Shown piece by piece: positions 54,393 through 64,000 of a stretch of DNA of 64,000 nt. The notes beneath the pieces were generated by a model that worked only from the letters and a program-made list of their open reading frames with translations, was not told where the DNA came from and made no database searches. The first letter of the stretch is position 1, and each line of letters begins with the position of its first letter. Location of the stretch: contig NW_027252668.1 of the NCBI RefSeq assembly GCF_044704955.1, positions 3,968,001 through 4,032,000 of the forward strand, given 5' to 3'. Source of the stretch: Pristiophorus japonicus. Taxonomy: Eukaryota. The position numbers and the translations under genes were made by a program.

Positions 54393-54856
54393 CTGATCAC
54401 AGCCAAGCAAGTGATAAATGTGGGACACTGTTTCTCTCACTCTCTGACACTGTCCCGCAGTGTGGGATTCACAATGTGTCTGTCTCTGGTACAATATAGT
54501 GAGGAGGAGACTTCATCTTCTGTCTCTCCAGAATAAAACGGGACTTCACAGGTCAGCCTGGAACTGATACTGTGCATGTCTTTCTGTGTCTCACCGACCT
54601 ATCTCGCACTCTCCTGTCTCTCGCTCAGACCTCTCCCCTCTCTCTGCCTCTCTGTTGCTATCCGCTCTCTCTTGTACTGGTTGTGAAGGCGGGATACTGT
54701 TATTTAGCGTGATGTGGAAACACTGTTGGATGTGCAAAACGGATAATGTCTCTGTTTCTCTCTCTGGTGCAATACGTGAAGGTGTAGCACTGTTACTGAG
54801 CGTATTATGGAGACACTGATACAAAGTGTAAAACTGATACTGTATCTGTCTGTGTC

Positions 54857-55360
54857 TGGGCGACCAACATCCTCAAGGTTGTGGCCGATGGCAAGGATCG
54901 CAGAGGAATGTCCCTGGCCACGATAAAGAAGGCTCTGGCGGCCAAAGGCGTGGATGTGGAGAAGCGCGCGTCCAAGATAAGATTCAGTATTAAGAGTAAT
55001 GTGATGAATGGCTTCCTGAAGCAGATCAAGGGCACGGGCGCCTCGGGCTCCTTCAAAATCGCTAATACAGATCCCCAGGAGAAAGTGGGAAAGAAGGTGA
55101 AGAAAGCAGCAGCCAAGAAATCTCCAGTAAAGAAAGCAGCAGCCAAGAAATCTCCAGCAAAGAAAGCAGCAGCCAAGAAAACGAGCAGCAAGAAGGCGCT
55201 AACAGCAAAAAAGACAGCGAAAGGGCCGGCTAGGAAGAAGGCGGCGGTGAAGAAGCCCAAGAGCCCCAAGAAAGTGAAGGCGGCCAAAAAGGTGGAGAAC
55301 CCGAGGGTCAAGGCCACGCCCAAATCAGCAAAGGCCAAGAAAGCAGCACCCAAAAAGTAA
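54857..55360 (+). pseudogene. H1: 5'-deleted histone H1
   Basis: Lacks the promoter and first ~37 codons relative to 9389-10066; stem-loop GGCTCTTCTCAGAGCC retained at 55395-55410. Confidence 0.85.
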
Positions 55361-56358
55361 ATAAAAAGGCAACTTCTAAACATTTAAACCCAAAGGCTCT
55401 TCTCAGAGCCACCCACGCCTCTCAGAAAAGAGCTGATCCCGGAATCAAATAATCCCTGTCCCGGGCTCAGATTCCAGATAGAAATAATTGAAAATGACCC
55501 CGGGATCCCGAGTGACTCGTTGCCATTGGCTGCACCCGCCCCTACCCCAGTGTCTGCACCCACCCCTACCCCAGTGTCTGCACCCTCCCCCAGTGTCTGC
55601 ACCCACCCCTGCAGCAGTGCCTCAGTGCCTACACACACCCCTCCCCCAGTGTCTGCACCCACCCCTCCCCCAGTGTCTGCACACACCCCTCCTCCAGTGC
55701 CTACAATAAAACACAGAGAATGGAATGTCCGGACCGGGCCTCACTGTAACTGGGGTTTGAGTCCGGCTCCAGTCTCAGTTCCTGGTCATTGTCATTTCAC
55801 AGATTCAGGGGGAAGAGTCTCTGTGAGACGATAGGACTGGCGGCGATATCTCGCCTCACAACTCAAACCCCAAACTCCAGATTCTCAAAATCAGCTGGAA
55901 TAAGGTGTTTGTAAAGTGCTGAACCTGTCTGTGAGAGGAGATGGAATAAGGTCTGAGATTGACAGGGAACGGACTATATAGGCGGGAATATTCCTGATTG
56001 TTAATTGTACCAGGACCTTATTTAAAAGCTTCTGGTTTCTGGAAGCCTTGAATATGAATTCCGAGTCTGTAAGGGTTCGTGCGGAGCGCTGTGTATCGGT
56101 TATATTGTGGAGAAAACAATTTGAAATTGGCGGTTGCAGAAAGCTGGAGGTGGAGCTGGAAGATCAGAGGCGGCGCTCTGCTCTGTCTCTCAATCTTGAT
56201 TCTGTCTCCTCCCCTGCCGCGCTCTCTGTTTAACCTCTCACTCTGTCTCCTCCCCTTCCCGCCTCTCTCACTCTGCGCTTTTTCAGTCAGGTCGGGGCTG
56301 GCTCTATAAAAAAGGAGCCAAGAGCAGTTGGTTCGTCATTCAGCGACAGTTTGAGTGA

Positions 56359-56679
<321 letters not shown>

Positions 56680-57419
56680 ACAACTCCACCCTTTCCACCC
56701 AGCACAACACAAAGGCTCTTTTAAGAGCCACCCACCGCCTCACAGAGAGAGCAGTGACCTGGGAATGGCAGTGTGGACAGTTTGGTTGGGAAATTATTTC
56801 AGCTATTTAATTAAAGGAAAGAAACACTTCGATATATATAGCGCCTTACACGGCCATCGGACTTCTCAAAGCCAATAAAGTACTTTTGCAGTGCAGTCGC
56901 TGTAGGAATATGGGAACTATTAAATATTTTAGAACAATAGTTTAATATGAGATCAGAAACTCCGGGTGTCCCGGTCACAATCAGCGGGCGGGGATACAGT
57001 CTCCCCTCACAGATAATCCTGTTATGTTGTGAGCTTTGTGTGTGACAATTGATGAAACGGGACGGCACTGGTGGGATGGATGCGGGACTTTGTGTTTACA
57101 GGATGCAGTGACCGGGGAATTATTCCCGCCCGCTACAGACCCATCATTAATGGGACAGAATTCAAACCGGAATGTTAAAGAGAATGGGATTGGTGATTTA
57201 TAATGGGGCACCATCGAGGTTATAAAGAGCCGGAATCTTAGATTGCTGGTGGGAAATTCGAGTTTCTTTAATCCCTGTTCCTTGAGACTCTGAAATTGGC
57301 GGGCTGTTTGAAATTGACGAACTGTCAGTTTCATTTCAGTCAATCATGGCCCAGTAATCCCCGCCCTTCCCTTTCGCTCTCGGTGATTGGTTGAAACATG
57401 ATTGGCGGTCGGTCTGTGA

Positions 57420-57923
<504 letters not shown>

Positions 57924-58604
57924 ACTCCTCCTGCCCGGGCTCCAAGCTTTCGCACCAAGTGCAACAACGGCTCTTTTCAGAGCCATCAAATCAGCAAAGG
58001 AAAGGGCTGCGACCGGCTCCACGCAAACTGTCCCGTGTACACACCGTACACGTCTTGTAGTGTTATTATAACTGGGGCTTCATGCAGTGCAGGCGGTGAT
58101 TATCTGACGGTGCGGCTTTGATCCATGTATAGATGCGAGTCAGATGCCCAGTATACCGACTACACCCGCCCAATGTGGGTCGCTAACTGAGTGGGAGATG
58201 TGATAGTGAATTGATCCCACTGCACATACCGGGACAGATTCCAGAGAGGGGACGAGCTGTCTGCAATCTGTATCTCACCTTTAACCCAGCTCTTAATGCG
58301 GGCACAGGTCGGATACTATTTGGGATATTTTAAATTAGCCTTGAGCTGGAATTCCATCCTTCTGTACGCAAATTTAAAAAAAGGATAAAAGTCCTCATGG
58401 ATCAATGTGTTCAGAATGCATATATTTCTCCCTATGGAATTATTGCCCATATAAAAGTCAGTGAGCCCATCAACCGCTCATTCCTTTATACTCGGCTCTT
58501 ATCCGCTTCACATTCGGCTGTCCCAACATGTTTAATGACTAGCGGTCTGACGTTCAGCTTCCGTCTATTTTGTATAAAATTAGATCAGGGACAATTGTGA
58601 TTCA

Positions 58605-58700
58605 CAGAACAGAAAGCAGCCCTTTCACAGATAGTGTGGGTGGCTCTGAAAAGAGCCTTTGAGTTATTACATTAAATCCTGTCCGCTTTACTTGCTCTTG
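58605..58700 (-). pseudogene. H2A: Orphan H2A 3' end (last codons and stem-loop)
   Basis: Matches 16845-16943, then joins the 64-bp satellite. Confidence 0.8.
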
Positions 58701-58902
58701 TAAAGACACTGTATCTGTCACTGTCTGGTACAGTGTGTCAGAGTGGGATTGACTGGGAGTATAGTAAAGACACTGGTTCAGTGTGGGATTGACTGGGAGT
58801 ATAGTAAAGACACTGTATTGGTCACTCTCTGGTACAGTGTGTCAGTGTGGGATTGACCAGCACGTGTAAAAACAGAAAGCGATGCTTTCCCGCTTGATGC
58901 GT

Positions 58903-58975
58903 GTGATGGTGGTAGAGTGGCGAGCACAGCTGCCTTCCAAGCTAGTTGATCTGGGTTCAATTCACGGCCGTAGGA
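58903..58975 (+). pseudogene. tRNA-Gly(TCC) pseudogene, duplicate
   Basis: Near-identical to 22054-22126, including flanks. Confidence 0.8.
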
Positions 58976-60069
58976 TCCAGTCAAATTTTAATCCACTTTC
59001 TGTGAAGAGAGAGAGTGAGTTAGTTAACGTTTCAGTTCGATGATAAAGGCTCATCCACCTGAAACATAAATTCTGTTCCTCTCTCCACTGATGCTGCCTG
59101 ACCCGCTGAGATTTCCAGCAATATCTTTATGATATACCAGTATTCATTTTCCTTTCTAACTGTCAATTATTGATACGGAATTGAGGGGACTACTTTGTAT
59201 CTACCATTTTCAGCTTTGTGATTGTGGGTTTTAGTCTGTTTCTCTCAGTCTCTGGTACATGAGCGAGAGTGTCGCTCTGTATCTATCTGTCTCCGGTATG
59301 TGCGTGTGGGCTTTACTCATATCTAGCAGTGTCTGTTATGGGAGTCTGGATTTTATTCTGTACTTATCAGCTGCTGATTTATTATTGTGGGTCTTATGCT
59401 ATAACTGCCACTTTTGACCTAATTCCGAGATGGTTTTCCTTTGAATCTGTCAGTCTTTGGTATGGGAGTATGTATCTATTGGTGTGCTGGTCAGTGTCTG
59501 GTATGGAAGAGAGGTTATTACCCTGTGCATGTCAATTACTGGTAAGTGAGGTTGGTAGTTACTCTATATCTGTCAGTATCTTATGAGATTGTGGGATTTA
59601 CTCTGTACCTGTTTTTGGTAGGAGTATGGGTTTTATTCTGCATCTATTGATTTCAAGTAAGGGAGTTAGTAATTTACACTGTCATTCGCTGGTTTTATTC
59701 TACCAGGCATTTTCTGGTATGCGAGAGTTGTTTTTATTTTGAATCTGTCAGTGTCTAGTATGGGAGTATGTATCTATCTCTGTGCCGACAATCTCTGGTA
59801 TGGGAGTATGTATCCAACTCTGTCCCTGTCAGTCTCTGGTATGGGAGTATGTATCTATCTGTGCCAGTTTGTCTGGTAAGGATGTTTCCAACTGTGTGCC
59901 TGTCAATCTCTGGTATGGGACTACATATCTATCTCTGCGCAGTCAGTCTCTGGTATGAGAATATGTATCTATCTGTGTGCCTGTCCGTCTCTGGTATGGG
60001 AGTATGTATCTATCTGTGGTGTCACTTTCTGGCATGGGAGTATGTATCTATCTGTGTGCCTGTCAATAT

Positions 60070-61830
60070 GTACATAAAAACAAAGAAAATAGGTGAAGGA
60101 GTAGGCCATTTGGCACTAAGAGCCTGCACTGCCATTCAATAAGATCATGGCTGATCATTCTCTCAGTACCCCTTTCCTGCTTTCTCTCCATACCCCTTGA
60201 TCCCTTTAGCCGTAAGGGCCATATCTAACTCCCTCTCGAATATATTCAATGAACTGGCATCAACAACTCTCTGCAGCAGGGAATTCCACAGGTTAACAAC
60301 TCTGAGTGAAGAAGTTTCTCCTCATCTCAGTCCTAAATGGCCTACCCCTTATCCTAAGACTGTCTCCCCTGGTTCTGGACTTTCCCAACATCGAGAACAT
60401 TCTTCCCGCACCTAACCTGTCCAGTCCCGTCAGAATCTTATACGTTTCTATGAGATCCCCTCTCATCCTTCTAAACTGCAGTGAATAAAGGACCAATTAA
60501 TGCAGTCCCTCCTCATAGGTCAGTCCAGCCATCCCTGGAATCAGTCTGGTGAACCTTCGCTGCACTCCCTCAATAGCAAGAATGTCCTTCCTCAGATTAA
60601 GAGACCAAAACTAAACACAATATTCCAGGTGAGGCCACACCAAGGCCCTGTACAATTGCAGTAAGACCTCCCTGCTCCTATGCGCAAATCCCCTAGCTAT
60701 GAAGGCCAACATACCATTTGCCTTCTTCACCGACTTCTGTAACTGCATGCCAACTTTCAATGACTGATGAACCATGACACCCAGGTCTCGTTGCACCTCC
60801 CCTTTTCCTAATCTGCCACCATTCAGATAATCTGCCTTCGTGCTTTTGCCCCCAGAATGGATAACCTCACATTTATCCACATTATACTGCATCTGCCATG
60901 CATTTGCCCATTCACCTAATCTGTCCAAGTCACAGCTCACACCACCACCCAGTTTAGTGTCATCTGCAAACTTGGAGATATTACACTCAATTCCTTCATC
61001 TAAATCGTTAATGTATATTGTAAAGAGCTGGAGTCCCAGCACTGAGCCCTGCGGCACTCCATTAGTCACTGCCTGCCATTCTGAAAAGGACCTGTTTATC
61101 CCGACTCTCTGCTTCCTATCTACCAACCAGTTCTCTATCCACGTCAATACATTACCCTCAATACCATGTGCTTTGATTTTGCACACCAATCTCTTGTGCG
61201 GCACCTTGTCAAAAGCCTTTTGAAAGTCCAAATACACCACATCCACTGGTTTTCCCTTGTCCACTCTACTCGTTACATCCTCAAAAAAGTCTTGAAGGTT
61301 CGTCAAGCATGATTTCCCTTTCATAAATCCATGCTGACTTGGCCCGATCCTGTCACTGCTTTCCAAATACGCTGCTATTTCATCCTTAATGATTGATTCC
61401 AACATTTTCCCCACCACCACCGTCAGGATAACCAGTCTATAATTCCCTGTTTTCTCTTTCCCTCCTTTTTTAAAAAGTGGTGTTACATTAGCTACCCTCC
61501 AGTCTATAGGAACTGATCCAGAGTCAATAGAATATTGGAAAATAATCACCATGCATCCACTATTTCTAGGGCCACTTCCTTAAGTACTCTGGGATGCAGA
61601 CGATCAGGCCCCGGGGATTTATTGGCCTTTAATCCCATCAATTTCCCTAACACAATTTCCCGCCCAATAAGGATATCCTTCAGTTCCTCCTTCTCGCTAG
61701 CCCCACTATCCCCTGGTACATTCGGAAGGTTATTTGTGTCTTCCTTCGTGAAGACAGAACCGAAGTATTTGTTCAATTGATCTGCCATTTCTTTGTTCCT
61801 CATTATAAATTCACCTGAATCTGACTGCAA
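60070..61830 (-). mobile_element. CR1 RT and 3' end
   Basis: ORF 60611-61552 carries the RT motif set. Confidence 0.92.
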
Positions 61831-62235
61831 GTAACTTTCTCTGTGCCTGTCAGTTGCTGGTATGGGAGTATGTAGCAATCTGTGTGCCTGACAGTGTCGG
61901 GTATGGGAGTTTGTATCTAACTCTGTGCCCGTCAGTCTCAGGTATGGGAGTATGCGTCTATCACTGTATCTGTCAGTCTCTGATATGGGACTGCGTAACT
62001 ATCTCTGCGCTGTCAGTCTCTGGTATGGGAGTACGTATCTGTCTCTGTGCCTACAATCTCTGGTATGGGAGTGCGTATCTGTCTCTGTGCCTACACGATC
62101 TGGTACAGGAGTACGTATCTGTCTCTGTACCTACACAATCTGGTACGGGAGTACATGTCTGTCTCTATGCTTGTCAGTGTCTGGTATGGCAGTATGTATC
62201 TATCGGTGTGCTGTCAGTCTCTGGTTTGGGAGTAT

Positions 62236-62560
62236 CGCCCCAGAAGAGGCGAGGGCCCAGAGGCAGCACGGTCCAGCCCACACTGCGATATGTGTGCGCA
62301 CGATGTCCTTGCAGCAGAGGCGGTTTCCAGTCGCCTTGGTTAATCCTTGCCACCAGACCAAGACCTAGCTCTGTCAAGTCCGTGTGGTGGCTGGTGTGCA
62401 ACGGCCACCACACGATAAAAAAATCCACGCACAGGCATCTTCCACCCTTCAAGATTTAGTTCAGGACCTGGAATATTAGGTCCTTCATTCAAACACCTGT
62501 GAACTTTATGGTCTGGAAGCAAGTCATCCTCGACTTGAGGGACTGCCTATGATGATGATG
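62236..62560 (+). mobile_element. Short non-autonomous RTE-type retroelement
   Basis: (GAT)n tail; flanked by TGGGAGTAT on both sides; homologous to 23421-23790. Confidence 0.7.
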
Positions 62561-62647
62561 GGAGTATGTACCTATCTCTGTGCCCGTCAGTCTCTGGTAT
62601 AGGAGTATGTATCTATCTCTATGCCTGGCAGTCTCTGGTATGGGACT

Positions 62648-64000
62648 ATAGAAACATAGAAAATAGATGCAGGAGTAGGCCTTTCGGCCCGTCGAGCCTA
62701 CACCAAAATTCAATAAGATCATGGCTGATCCTTCACCTCAGTACCCCTTTCCTGCTTTCTCTCCATACCCCTTGATTTCTTTAGCCGTCAGGGCCATATC
62801 TAACTCTCTCTTGAATATATCCAATGAACTGGCATCAACAACTCTCTGCGGTAGGGAATTCCACAGGTCAACAACTCTCTGAGTGAAGAAGTTTCTCCTC
62901 ATCTCAGTCCTAAATGGCCTATCCCTTATCCTAAGACTATGTCCTCTGGTTCTGGACTTCCCCAGTCTCTGGTCTGGGAGTATGTATCTATCTGTGTGCC
63001 TGTCAGTCTCTGGTATGGGAGTATGCATCTATCTCTGTGCCTGTCAGTCTCTGGTACGGGACATCCCCAACATCGGAAACATTCCTTCTGCATCTAACCT
63101 GTGCAGTCCCGTCAGAATTTTATATGTTTCCATGAGATCCCCTCTCATCCTTCGAAACTCCAGTGAATACAGGCCCAGTCGATCCAGTCTCTCATAAGAA
63201 CATAAGAATTAGGAACAGGAGTAGGCCATCTAGCCACTGAAGCCCGCTCCGCCATTCAACAAGGTCATGGCTCCTCATGTCAGTCCATCCATCCTGGGAA
63301 TCAGTCTGGTGAACCTTCGCTGCACTCGCTCGATAGCAAGAACGTCCTTCTTCAGATTAGACCACCAAAACTGAACATAATATTCCAGGTGAGGCCTCAC
63401 CAAGGCCCTGTACAACTGCAGTAAGACCTCCCTGTTCCCATACTCAAAACCCCTAGCTACGAAGGCCAACATACCATTTGCCTTCTTCACCACCTGCTGT
63501 ACCTGCATGCCAACTTTCAATGGCTGATGTACCATGACACCCAGCTCTCATTGCACCTCTCCTTTTCCTAATCTGCCGCCATTCAGATAATATTCTGCCT
63601 TCGTGTTTTTGCCCCCAAAGTGGATTACGTCACATTTATCCACACTGTACTGCATCTGTCATGCATTTGCCCACTCACCTAACCTGTCCAAGTCACCCTG
63701 CAGCCTCTTAGCGTCCTCCTCACAGCTCACACCGTCACCCAGTTTAGTGTCATCTGCAAACTTGGAAATATTACACTCAATTCCTTCATCTCAATCATTA
63801 ATGTTAATAGCTGGGGTCCCAGCACTGAGCCCTGCGGCACCCCACTAGTCACTGCCTGTCATCTGAAAAGGACCCGTTTATCCCGACTCTCTGCTTCCTG
63901 TCTGCCAACCAGTTCTCTATCCATGTCAGTACATTACCCCCAATACCATGTGCTTTAATTTTGCACACCAATCTCGTGTGGGACCTTGTCAAAAGCCTTT
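62648..64000 (-). mobile_element. CR1 RT and 3' end, with nested satellite (62963-63060) and nested tail (63195-63275)
   Basis: CR1 ORF2 C-terminal peptides; TTTCTATG tail at 62648. Confidence 0.9.

Overview
Eukaryotic, repeat-dense vertebrate DNA, most likely a cartilaginous fish (inferred from shark-type CR1 LINE tails, a Deu-domain SINE and the histone sequences). The core is a replication-dependent histone cluster (H1+, H4+, H3+, H2A-, H2B-, about 9.4-19.1 kb). It is segmentally duplicated, with deletions, at about 41.4-60 kb next to a frameshifted C2H2 zinc-finger gene. Around it are many CR1 LINE pieces, RTE pieces, Tx1-clade LINEs, Gypsy and ERV fragments, solo LTRs, several satellites and two tRNA-Gly pseudogenes. 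Two features stand out. (1) A chimeric snRNA-like element just upstream of H2A (minus strand, about 17463-17723): U2 5' end, U1 5' end and stem-loop I, U2 Sm region, duplicated U2 stem-loop III, U2 stem-loop IV, then a second U2 5' hairpin, with pairing retained. (2) Two Tx1 elements whose 3' ends join the same nucleotide of a CR1 LINE, suggesting a LINE that targets another LINE. All calls come from reading the sequence by eye; no database searches were run.
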